A DNA stretch of 59,122 nucleotides, filler included. It is 3 parts of 3 records of this genome, joined end to end, with 100 filler letters (N's around TTAATTAATTAA, not from the genome) between each part and the next. Parts side by side here need not be neighbours in the genome. Positions count along the whole stretch, not along the records: positions 43,120 to 59,122 come from DRR723986_9363; 2 more parts are not named here. The stretch is one strand, 5' to 3'. The notes under the pieces are model-generated. The model was not told where the DNA came from, made no database searches, and saw nothing but the letters and a program-made list of their open reading frames with translations. The position numbers and the translations under genes were made by a program. Positions 45,930 to 56,200 of this stretch are shown in pieces. Every line of letters begins with the position of its first letter. Position 1 is the stretch's first letter.

Positions 45930-46820
45930 ATGACTACCGAAGACGCAGTTGCCTGGCTTCCCGCCGAGAAGGATTACTCACTCGGCCTGCTCGATGGAAA
46001 GCTGGTTTGCCAAAACCCGAAAGGCAAGAAACTTGCCTCGGTGCCCAAGTGGCTCAAAGAGACCGACGGTGCCGAAACACTACTGGCCCTAGCTGATTGG
46101 CTCGACGAACACAGACTTGAATGCCTGCATACCGTTCAGCGGTGGATGCTTGGCTCGCTGACTGTTCCCCGCGATGTTCTCACCAGTGTTTGGCAAGACG
46201 ACCAATGGCGTGCCGCACTAGAGAATATGGTTGTCGTGCCAGCCGATGCTAAATTGAAAGCGGATTTCGAGAACACCGGAATTCTGCGAAGCGTCGACGC
46301 TCGACGAGGCCTCGGGGTGGTTGATTTGGACGGCGAAACGCAGTGGTTCAAGTCGCCCTGTGCGATGATTCCCCATCCAATCTTGATCGGTGACCGTGAG
46401 GAGCTTCGCGAACTAGCCAATGAACTAGAGCTCAAGCAGGCGGTCGACCAACTTTATCGCGATGTTTTTGAAGCAACCAAGCAGCAGCAGGAACTCTGGC
46501 AGATCTCTGAGTTCTCTGGAGGCCATTTCGAACAACTTGCCTTTGCTTTGTCGCTCTGCCGAAGGCTCGGCTACCCTGTGCGAGGCGGTTACGCGACGTG
46601 TCGAGTGCACGAAAACGGCCAGGATTTCCAAGCACGCTATTACGTCGGAGACGACGCTCCCGATTACCCCGCTTACACAGGGGCTCTAATCTTCGTCGAC
46701 TCGAAAGAACGCCCAGTGAAGATCTCTGAACTAGGGCAAGTAGCATTCAGCGAAGGGATGAGAATGGCTTCGGCGATCTACGCCAAGCGCAAGGTCGAGG
46801 AATCGGAGCAAGACTCATGA
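45930..46820 (+). CDS. Stand-alone DUF4132 domain protein
   Basis: GKKLASVP, IPHPIL, LKQAVDQLYRDVF, VAFSEGMR motifs typical of DUF4132 (MolR/YehI-type). Confidence 0.78.
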   Translation: MTTEDAVAWLPAEKDYSLGLLDGKLVCQNPKGKKLASVPKWLKETDGAETLLALADWLDEHRLECLHTVQRWMLGSLTVPRDVLTSVWQDDQWRAALENMVVVPADAKLKADFENTGILRSVDARRGLGVVDLDGETQWFKSPCAMIPHPILIGDREELRELANELELKQAVDQLYRDVFEATKQQQELWQISEFSGGHFEQLAFALSLCRRLGYPVRGGYATCRVHENGQDFQARYYVGDDAPDYPAYTGALIFVDSKERPVKISELGQVAFSEGMRMASAIYAKRKVEESEQDS

Positions 46821-49800
46821 ACAAACAACTACTCGAGGGCACTCTGGCCGCTGGTGGCATGTTGCCCGCAAAGGCAAAAGTTGACGAATCAATCAGTGAG
46901 TTTGTTGTCGCCCGAACCTACTCCGGTCCAGCACTTGGGAACCGCAAAATCGTCCGCCTGGGTGCAGAGCGTCTCGGTCCTGCAGAAGATCTAGCGCTCG
47001 AATTCTTGGGGCTCACCAGCGAGGGTGAAAGCCAGCCAATCGCCAGACAGGGCCGTCGAGCGTTGGGGTTCGCAAGCTGGGCGCTCATCAATCACCCCAA
47101 GACCGCCCGCTACGCCCTTGGCCTGGTAAAACGAATGAAGGCTGCCGCTCGCAAGGCAAAATCCAAACCCGGACACGCTTGGGATGCGTTCGTGGAGATG
47201 GCATCCGAATTGAATGTGTCCGTTCGGGAATTCTTGCCACCATACTGGGAGGAAGTTGCGCGGACGTACCGAGATGTCGGCAGTTCGACCTATGCGGGCA
47301 GAGCGATCGGAAAGGCACTGGACGCGGAACGAGTTCATGCACTGGATGTCGATCCAGCGCGTCGACGTGACGCGATTCTGGAGTTCGCACTCAGCGGCTG
47401 CTTGTCCGCAAAAGCCCTTGGCGAATACATCCGAGACTTACCCAATCACTTCGAGCCCGACGAAGCCTTTTCAACGTTACGCGACCTCTTAGTTCGTCGC
47501 ACGCTCGGCGGCATGCCACCACTGCCAACGACGATCAAGGAGATCACAAAATTTGCCAAGGCTGCCGGGCTGTCTGCTGACGACGAGGTCGAGTCACTGC
47601 TGTGGGACATTATCAAATCACCAGCGATGAGCCGTGCGCCGAAGCAGTTTTGGACCTCCGCAAGCAAACACGTCAAGAAACTGGTGCAGGAGAGTGATGA
47701 ATTCGGCTTGTGGTTGATTGTTCACACAAGTCTTGATTCTAGCTATTACGATGTCAGCCCTGCCTGGAGTTGGTTCGAGTTTCTTGAACAGTGGGACGTT
47801 CTCCCTTTGCTGTCAAAGCCGTCCAGCGAGTATCCCGACGGCGTCGAACTACCCGGTGGTCATGCGGGATGGCTGTCGAAGCTCATCTGTGTCGACTCTC
47901 CAAGTCCTCCTCGTGTCTTCGAGATCATCGACCTGTGCACAGATCAGATACTTGCATCCGGCAAAACGGTAACACTCGGCAAGAGCGGGTATAGAAACGA
48001 CATCGATGTTGATGTTGTCGAGCGTTTACTGGCATTAAAAATTCCTGTCGAATGTACCGACGGGCTAAACCTGGACTTCGCCGATTGGACGTTGGCTGAA
48101 ACCGATCATCCCCTTCGCAACTCTTCGCTGGAAAATCTCCTGCAGCATGATGAACTTCGTGAGATGTTCAAGGCGCAACTTCCTGTACTGTTGCCTTGGG
48201 GCGTCCGTGGCGTCAAACGTGGGATGTATGGCCGTCCCGACACCGCCGCAAAACGCTCCTTCGACGATGCCGCCGAAGCTCATGAACCGATTCATGCGAT
48301 TTGGAAGGAGTTCTTGGATCAACACCTCGACAAGGTTGAGAATGGAGCACTCGTCGATTTTGCGGAATCTGCAGCGACTCTTTCGAGCTGCGTTCGGGCG
48401 GCAACGATTCGACGATTTCCAGATGTGCTGAAACGTCTCAAAAAAGTGGATCCGGCCGCAGCCCTTCAGCGGTCCCTTTCTATTGGAGTCATCGATGAAT
48501 ACGGCTGGAAAGAACTAGACGATGCGGCTGACCAAGAGCCGATGCCGCCGCTGCATCGCCGAATGCCACGAATTGCATTGGTGTTCCCATATGTAATGGC
48601 ATTTAGCGATACGGGGGTGCGACAAATTGGCCCCGACGGCCTTGCTGCCATTTCCGACTGGACAATGCGTAGCGATTCGGAGCTGGCGGCGTGCTATCCA
48701 ATTGGAGGTGACGCGCTGGTCGTCTATCAAGATTCAAATACTTACCAACGAAAAGTACTTTGGCTGAATACCGCGACACAACCGGTAGACTCCAACCAAT
48801 ATTTCTGGCACGATCGCCCACCAAAAATCGCGGAATTCGACCAAGGATTATTCGCCGGAAATCGCATCCTCGAAGTAGGCCAGACCAAAGTCCCGTCAAC
48901 ATGCCATTGGCTGACCGACGGTGACAGATACTGGGCCGCATTGGCGGAGCAGTGGGAATGGGATTACGCGACTCAATCCTCCCAATTCAGCACGCCAGAA
49001 AAGCTGGTAGAAGTTGACCCACTCACCGGCAAACGCGGGCGAAACTCAGTCCCGCCCATCTTGGAATCGAATTTACCAGCAGGGGCGGTCGTCCGCTGGA
49101 AGCACAGCGATCTTTGCGTTGCACCAGACTGCGTGCAGAATTCACCGCTCGGAATGTCAAAAAACCTAATTGGTGGTCGCGTCGCGGCACTACGTGATAA
49201 GAGCCACCAATTTGTCGGCGTGGATGGTCGTGAGTGTCGCTTGGAGAAGAGCACTGGGTTCATACCGGTAGCGATGGTTGATCAGCCAGCGGGAAAGAGC
49301 AGTTGGATCATCTGCCAATCCGGACAAATCATCGAAGCCGAATCCGGGCTCGCTTTCGCCACAACGGACTATAAATACGCGAGCGGACAACCAACAGAAT
49401 TGCCCCTGATCTTTTGGAACTATTTCACGGTTCGCTGTCCGAAGAGTTCGCAGCGACTCAGAAAAACGAAACTTGCGGATGCAAAGAAGCTGCTAGAGGC
49501 GGGCAAAATTACGCATCAAGCCGAAAAGGTGCGCGAAGATAAACGGAAGCGTGATCCAAAACGTCGGGCTTCCTTGGAAGCTGCCAAGAAGTTGTTGCCC
49601 AATGCGCCCGAACGACTGATAAAGGGAGTCGCTCGAATCGGCAAGGTCGCGGCCATTGAAGCTGGAACCATTGAGAGAATTATCGAGCGTGCAGAAGCCA
49701 AACCAAGGCTAGAATCGGTCACCCCCGGGAAGGCCGCCGCAGATTCGAAATCAGATATTCAGTCCGATTCCGAGACGCTCGCCACGTATGCGGAGGGTTT

Positions 49801-51898
49801 TTCAGAATTGCAAATCCCGCTGCGTGACCAAACCGATCCAACCCACAGCTACCGGTCAACGGGTTTTGATGGCTACCACCTTGTCGCCCTGGTGAAATTC
49901 CTCAAAGGCGATGCGTATGACCATTTGCCTGGCGGTGGAGCCGACATTCTGGCGATGCTCGACGACATGCCGTCGGCCGCATGGACAGCATTTTGGAACA
50001 GCACAGCAAGTCTGAACAAAAGCGATATTGAACTTAAGAAACGAGTTCGCGGGCAGTGGCTCGTTGCGCTGAAATTCTGGGCCGCCAGCGGTATTGCCGA
50101 TATCGGCGGGTCAATGAACGTGTACGTTTCCGAACTGCTGGATGAGTCTGAGCAAAAGCGGCTATCCAAGATTGGACGTTACCCTACATCGGAAAACACG
50201 ATCGTGTTCCGTGAATCAGGAATTAGCTATGTCGTTTATGCGATCGAGAACTACGGCGAAAACAGAGTCCTGGTCCTAGCCCACACCGACAAGAAATCAG
50301 GTTGCAAACCGCCTCGCAAGTACTCCATTGCTGAGGAAATTGAACTAGAACGCCGCTGGGACAGCAAAGCGATCCGCAAGTTTGTTGGTGCAGTTGAGCA
50401 GATCGATACGCTGCCCTTACCCAGCCCGGAAATGCTGGCCGCAACTAGCAAAAAACTGGGTATGGCACCGGTGGAAGTAGGTTTGCTGTGGCTGGCGAAC
50501 ATGCGTACCGTTCGCTACGGCCAAGAGAAACTCACCAAGGAAATCCGGACGCACTTTAAGTGGAAACTTGTCGAAATAAAACAAGCCATTGCAGCCTTAG
50601 ATGCTAGCCCTCCGGTCCCCAGCTACATGAGTGAGCATTTAGTTGCCGACCCTGCAGCTTGGGCCAAAATGCCGGAGGGTCCCGCTTTCGACCGCTTTGT
50701 TGAATCAATCGCAACGAGCCGCGAAGATCGGCTTGCGATTCCGGTGGAAATCATCGCAAAACTACAGCGGCTGTTCTCTAACTACTACGGCTATGGAAAA
50801 CTCGACCTCGATTCCGTCGAGGAACTGCTCGTGTCGCCTGCAGATAGCGAACTTCTTACACCCAGCAAGGCAACGTTTCACCAGTCCAAGGAACGCTACG
50901 AAACCTTGACGGCCAAGGGTGGAGTTCCCGCTGGAGAGCTGAGCTTCCTACAGAAGCTGTTTCGAGCTGCCTGCCTAATCAACTACGAATTGCCCGTGGG
51001 TGATCCTATCCGTCAGAAGCTACCGGATCTTCTCGCGGCGATGCAGAACTTTGTTCAATCCCCTAAAACGAGTCTTCCGTTTGGCGGCCCGTATGCAGCC
51101 AAGGACTGGGGGGAAGACTTTGACGCCGACGAAGCCCTAGCACGTTATGAAAAGCTGATTGGCCCGAGCAAGAAAAGCAAAGACGGGCTGCGGACCTTTG
51201 ACGATGGTCTGATCTACGGAGTGCTGTTGGCACCAGCGGTCATGTTACACTTTCGTCCTTCGGCCCTCGACAAGTCTCCCGACGCATATGACCGACTGCG
51301 TGCAATCGCGGCGGCAACATTCTCGTGGGAGGGCAGCGCCGAGGATGAACTGGACTTCGTCGACTTCGTTCGCGACGTCAACAGCGATGAATGTTCACAA
51401 CTACAGGAGTCCAATCGATCTCCGACCTCACCAGAGGGCAGTTGGGAACAGAATCCGCTGACATCTTGTCCAAAGCTGGTCGCTTCGGCCGCGAAGAAAT
51501 TGAAGACTAGTGACAACGCCGCCTGCCTGTATCTCCAAGTCTTGGCATTGCACGATCCAACTACTGCGAATATCAAACGGTGGAACGAATGGTCGGCGAA
51601 GCAGATCAAGACTGCTACCGAGGAATTGCTTGAGAAGCAATTACTCGTCGAAGCAAAACGTAGTCGAGCTGGACGGACTTTCTTCCTTCCCGGCGGATGG
51701 GAAGAACTCAAGCTGCCCAATCTGCCGCTTGAGTCATGGAAACTGACCATGTTTGGTTACGAGAATACAGATACCCTCCGCGGTGCGAGTGCCGAAGTCA
51801 TCGTTTGCCCTCGCACCGTTACTAGTCAGTTTGAACTAGCTTGGCAGCGTGTCCAAGATGGCGATGCACCGCGTTACAAAGAAGCGGGCAAGAAGTAG
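46817..51898 (+). CDS. Large hypothetical protein (1693 aa) of the Yeh-like operon
   Basis: Long uninterrupted ORF with ATGA overlap to DUF4132; conserved-looking termini (VVARTYSGPALGNRKIVRL; LYLQVLALHDPT...KRSRAGRTFFLPGGW). Confidence 0.85.
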   Translation: MNKQLLEGTLAAGGMLPAKAKVDESISEFVVARTYSGPALGNRKIVRLGAERLGPAEDLALEFLGLTSEGESQPIARQGRRALGFASWALINHPKTARYALGLVKRMKAAARKAKSKPGHAWDAFVEMASELNVSVREFLPPYWEEVARTYRDVGSSTYAGRAIGKALDAERVHALDVDPARRRDAILEFALSGCLSAKALGEYIRDLPNHFEPDEAFSTLRDLLVRRTLGGMPPLPTTIKEITKFAKAAGLSADDEVESLLWDIIKSPAMSRAPKQFWTSASKHVKKLVQESDEFGLWLIVHTSLDSSYYDVSPAWSWFEFLEQWDVLPLLSKPSSEYPDGVELPGGHAGWLSKLICVDSPSPPRVFEIIDLCTDQILASGKTVTLGKSGYRNDIDVDVVERLLALKIPVECTDGLNLDFADWTLAETDHPLRNSSLENLLQHDELREMFKAQLPVLLPWGVRGVKRGMYGRPDTAAKRSFDDAAEAHEPIHAIWKEFLDQHLDKVENGALVDFAESAATLSSCVRAATIRRFPDVLKRLKKVDPAAALQRSLSIGVIDEYGWKELDDAADQEPMPPLHRRMPRIALVFPYVMAFSDTGVRQIGPDGLAAISDWTMRSDSELAACYPIGGDALVVYQDSNTYQRKVLWLNTATQPVDSNQYFWHDRPPKIAEFDQGLFAGNRILEVGQTKVPSTCHWLTDGDRYWAALAEQWEWDYATQSSQFSTPEKLVEVDPLTGKRGRNSVPPILESNLPAGAVVRWKHSDLCVAPDCVQNSPLGMSKNLIGGRVAALRDKSHQFVGVDGRECRLEKSTGFIPVAMVDQPAGKSSWIICQSGQIIEAESGLAFATTDYKYASGQPTELPLIFWNYFTVRCPKSSQRLRKTKLADAKKLLEAGKITHQAEKVREDKRKRDPKRRASLEAAKKLLPNAPERLIKGVARIGKVAAIEAGTIERIIERAEAKPRLESVTPGKAAADSKSDIQSDSETLATYAEGFSELQIPLRDQTDPTHSYRSTGFDGYHLVALVKFLKGDAYDHLPGGGADILAMLDDMPSAAWTAFWNSTASLNKSDIELKKRVRGQWLVALKFWAASGIADIGGSMNVYVSELLDESEQKRLSKIGRYPTSENTIVFRESGISYVVYAIENYGENRVLVLAHTDKKSGCKPPRKYSIAEEIELERRWDSKAIRKFVGAVEQIDTLPLPSPEMLAATSKKLGMAPVEVGLLWLANMRTVRYGQEKLTKEIRTHFKWKLVEIKQAIAALDASPPVPSYMSEHLVADPAAWAKMPEGPAFDRFVESIATSREDRLAIPVEIIAKLQRLFSNYYGYGKLDLDSVEELLVSPADSELLTPSKATFHQSKERYETLTAKGGVPAGELSFLQKLFRAACLINYELPVGDPIRQKLPDLLAAMQNFVQSPKTSLPFGGPYAAKDWGEDFDADEALARYEKLIGPSKKSKDGLRTFDDGLIYGVLLAPAVMLHFRPSALDKSPDAYDRLRAIAAATFSWEGSAEDELDFVDFVRDVNSDECSQLQESNRSPTSPEGSWEQNPLTSCPKLVASAAKKLKTSDNAACLYLQVLALHDPTTANIKRWNEWSAKQIKTATEELLEKQLLVEAKRSRAGRTFFLPGGWEELKLPNLPLESWKLTMFGYENTDTLRGASAEVIVCPRTVTSQFELAWQRVQDGDAPRYKEAGKK

Positions 51899-52026
51899 TT
51901 ATCGTGGCACCTGACCGTTCGACCTGGCGTTGTTTCACCGAGACAGCTTGGTTTTTTGGCTGGTCGGACAAAGAGAGCCGCTTGGCTGCGTAGCCCTAGA
52001 ATCCAATTGTTACTGAGGAAGAATTG

Positions 52027-53238
52027 ATGGCCAAGAAGAAGGCGGTAGCCAAACCTGCCACGGCTAAATCGGGCAACGCGCAAGTCAGGCCTGTTGCTGA
52101 CTCAGGTGGGGTGGATTCTGAGAAGTTGCAAGCACCGCCGGCGGAAGTTCGCTACGCTGCCGAACTCCAAGTCCTGTCAGGGGCTGACAACAATCCTCGC
52201 CCAGACGGTTGGTCTTTGTCTCCTCAGGCTGTTGTCGACTTCATTTGTGGCACCGACGGTGTAAAGATCGGGAGAACCAAAAGTGAAGCGATGGTGATCC
52301 CAGAGAAATTTGTCGGCCCGCGCGAAATCGTGCAGCGGTGCGTCGTCACACTGGCTGGCGAACGAGGCCTGATGTTGGTCGGAGAACCAGGCACAGCGAA
52401 ATCAATGTTGGGAGAACTGCTGGCTGTAGCTATCAGCGGCACCGGAGCCCTTGCCGTCCAGGGAACAGCAGGGACTACTGAAGACCAGATCCGATACGGC
52501 TGGAACTACGCGATGCTTCTGGACAAGGGGCCGTCTCCAGAAGCCATGGTGCCGTCGCCCGTCATGCAAGCGATGAAGACAGGCAAGATCGTCCGCTTTG
52601 AAGAAATCACTCGCTGTCTGCCAGAAGTGCAGGACGCCGTTATCTCCATCCTTAGCGAACGACGCCTGATGGTGCCCGAGCTGGGAGAAACAGGAACAAG
52701 CGTTTTCGCGGCTCCTGGATTCGCAATCGTTGCTACCGCCAATCTGCGAGACCGCGGAGTATCGGAAATGTCAGCCGCATTGAAGCGCCGTTTCAACTTT
52801 GAAACAATTGCCCCGATTGCAGACGCCGATCGCGAGAAGCAGCTCGTTTCTCTTCGTGCGGCCGCAATGCTTGCACCGGCGGAGACGAAGATGGAAGTCG
52901 ACAGCGCTCTGGTTGACCTGCTTGTGCGAGTCTTTCGCGATCTACGCGAGGGGCGTACCGAAGAGGGCTGGCAGGTTGGGCGACCGAGCACGGTAATGAG
53001 CACCGCTGAAGCCGTTGCGGTGGCGACCGCCATTACTCGCGAGGGAGCATTCTTTCCGTCGGGTTACGATCCTATCTCCCGAATTCCCGGTCATATCCTG
53101 GGTGTCGTCGTAAAAGATGATGCAAAGGACCGCGAACGCTTGCTTGCCTACTGGGATGGTCCTGTTCGACGCAGGAGTCAAGAAGGTGATCCGCTTTGGA
53201 AACGCCTCAATGACCTGCGTGATCAGCTTGAAGAATAG
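52027..53238 (+). CDS. yehL: MoxR-family AAA+ ATPase, YehL subfamily
   Basis: LQAPPAEVRYAAEL, GLMLVGEPGTAKS (Walker A), TTEDQIRYGWNYA, KIVRFEEITR (Walker B), TANLRDRGVSEMSAALKRRFNF. Confidence 0.9.
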   Translation: MAKKKAVAKPATAKSGNAQVRPVADSGGVDSEKLQAPPAEVRYAAELQVLSGADNNPRPDGWSLSPQAVVDFICGTDGVKIGRTKSEAMVIPEKFVGPREIVQRCVVTLAGERGLMLVGEPGTAKSMLGELLAVAISGTGALAVQGTAGTTEDQIRYGWNYAMLLDKGPSPEAMVPSPVMQAMKTGKIVRFEEITRCLPEVQDAVISILSERRLMVPELGETGTSVFAAPGFAIVATANLRDRGVSEMSAALKRRFNFETIAPIADADREKQLVSLRAAAMLAPAETKMEVDSALVDLLVRVFRDLREGRTEEGWQVGRPSTVMSTAEAVAVATAITREGAFFPSGYDPISRIPGHILGVVVKDDAKDRERLLAYWDGPVRRRSQEGDPLWKRLNDLRDQLEE

Positions 53239-53269
53239 TACACCTAAGTGAAGAGCGAGCGGATCGCCC

Positions 53270-56200
53270 ATGGTGCGACCAAGGCCAAACAATCAGGATG
53301 AGCTTCGAGCCCAGGCGGCCAGCGGCGCGAAACAGGCCATCGAGTCGACATCGCCACTGCTGATCGGCGTCCGTCATCATTCCGCTGTCTTGGCCAGATC
53401 AATCGACAAACTGCTAGACGATTTTCAGCCGAAGTCGCTGCTTGTCGAATTGCCAAGTGATTTGCAAGACTGGATCGAGTTCATCGGCGATCCATCCACG
53501 ACTGCCCCAATCGCGCTTTCAATCGTTACCTTGCGCGGTGATTCGTATTTTTATCCTCTCGCGGACTTTTCGCCTGAGCTGGTGGCGATTCGCTGGGCCC
53601 AACGCAATGCCGTGCCCGTCGTAGCCTGCGACTTGGCCATCTCAGCCATCGATCCAACTGAAGACGATAGCGAGACGGAAGAATCCCAAAGGCCGAGCGC
53701 AGACTCCGCGCCCGAACAACCGAAATCGTTGCGCCTGGACGACATTCTTCGGACGGCGGGGGACGAAGAAAGTGGAGCGCTCTGGCAACGTATGGTCGAA
53801 TCGCCTGGGCTTCATGAATCGGCAGAAAAATTGCGGCGGGCGGCACTATTATTTGGTTGGGTCGTCCGGGAGACTGCAGGCCCTGTTTCGCGTCGTGATT
53901 TGATTCGCGAAGCGACCATGCGACAAGCGATCCGCGCCGCCGACAAACGAAGCTGTGCCATCGTTGGCAGCTTCCATTCACCGGCCCTGACGCCCGAGTT
54001 GGTTGCTAGCCAGCGGGATTTAGACACGGAACTACTCAGCAGGATCACCACCGATGAAGCAGGTGTTTCGCTGATCCCGTACAGCTTTGAGCAGTTTGAT
54101 CAACGCAGCGGATACCCAGCCGGTATTTTGGATCCGCACTGGCATCAACGTGCGGTTCAGTCAGAGAGCAGAGAACAATTTGACGCTTCGATAGTCGACC
54201 TAGCGACTGAGATTTGCCGCAACATGCGTCGCGATGGACATGTCGCGGGAACGCCGGACGCTACCGAGATCATTCGCATGACTCGCGATTTGGCTCGCCT
54301 GCGAGGGTTGAAGGCTCCTGGACGAGGCGAGTTCGTAGAAGCCGTGCAATCATGTCTTGTCCAAGGCGACTTGCATGGTCGCGGACGAGCCGTCTCTGCA
54401 GCTTCGTTTCCTGTATTGGTTGGACAACGGCAAGGCACGATCACTGATCGAGCTCCGCGATGTGGCTTGGTTGTGAGCCTGGAACGTGACCTCCAGCACC
54501 TAGGGCTACCCGGAGAAGACTCGTTAACGTCATCTCATCGCCCAGCTAGCAAGAATCGTGGTTTTGCACGACGAAACGCCGGGAACTTTGTACTGGATCA
54601 TGAAAAGGAACTGCGACTCGACGTACTTCGCAATCCGCGTGACCGGGCAAAGAGTGTCGTTCTGGAACGGCTGTGCACGGCGGGCATTCCCTATGCAAGA
54701 CGCCTGGATGAAGGCGGTACGAAGAACCGAGAGAATTTGATCGAGCGTTGGGCGGTTGCGTGGCAACAATCAACGTCGGCCACCGTAAACTCACTTGCTC
54801 GCTACGGCACCACGCTGGAACAAGTTGTTGCAGCTATCATGCGACGCTCTGAAGATGCAAAGAGCGATCACGCCGCGACGGATGCAATCGAACTACCGCG
54901 AGTCATTCTGCGACGGTTGGCTGTCGCCAGTAAATGTGGGCTTGCGGAAACCCTGCAAGCCAACGTAGCACGCATTGATTCAGAGTTTCGCACTTCGGCT
55001 AGTCTCACCGAATTGGTGGACGCCGCCTCGCAATTGCGACGCATTGCAACTGGACATAGCCCAGGTGCCCCGCTGTCGGCCGAGGATGCTTACCCGCCAA
55101 TCTTGCGGCACCTCAAACTGCCTGGACTACAGTTGACGGTGGACAAGCTATTCCGTGATTGCTTCGAACGACTTGCCGATATTAGTGGATCCAACAAAAC
55201 AGAAGACGTGTACGCCCTGCGAGACCTGCTAGCTCTCGTTGGCGGCAAGGGCCAAGAAGACAGCGGGCAACCAGCGGGCGTCCCGCAGCTTGCATCTTGG
55301 TGCCGCCGGACGGTTCGCGACGGAAGCAATCTCATGGCAGGAGCTTGCACAGCCGCGCTGCGTTTACTGGAAATTGCACCTGAGGAGCAATTCCTGGCGT
55401 CGACCAGTGGTTGGGTTACGGCGGCTGCAGGAACCGTGGAGCGGAAGATGCTGCGTCATCGCCTTGCCGGAGCGACCCACATACTTTTGTCACATATGCA
55501 AAATGATCCGCAACTGCTTGGTGGAGTAAGCAACGCGATTGCGGATTTGGACGACGATCGCTTTCTACAGCGTCTGCCATCCCTTCGCGGAGCCTTCACC
55601 CAGCTTGCTCCATCAGATCGTCAACGGCTACTCGAGACGCAGCTCTCGGTGCTCGAAATCGAGGACTCACAACTCTCCGATGCACTGCCAGCAGAACAAA
55701 TTGCGCTCCTTCGCACGGCTGACTTGGCCGGATTGCATGCGGTCCATCAGGTGCAGGAGTTTGCAAACCTCCTTTCCGACAACCTAGATTCGGGCCTCTC
55801 CCATGATGGAACCTCACAGGTTTCCGAACGGGTCGCCGATACTCACGCGGGAAAGCCTCAAGACACTGCCACTCAGGCGCCCATCCGAACTCGCACCACG
55901 GACGCGCATACTCGGTTCTCACTTGCCGATCGCTGGCGACTGATTCTAGGCACAGAACCGGAGAGCCAAGACGATCGAGTCGTTGCATCGGCTCGTTCGC
56001 TGGACGACCTGTTTACGCGAGGCAAAGGCGAAGGGGCTCGAGGGGACTTAGGCGGCGGTTCATCGAGGGGTGGTCGGGAACGCCCTCGGCCGACAACACT
56101 GCAGTGGGCCGATGAGCTTGAAGAACTATTCGGAAGCGATGTGTGCCAAGAGGTCCTCGGAGAATCGGCTGCAAGCGGAAATGCGGCTGCGGTCTCATTG

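Noticed and set aside
51931-51945. parS-like TGTTTCACCGAGACA
   Set aside because: One base short and mismatched against the 16-bp TGTTTCACGTGAAACA palindrome
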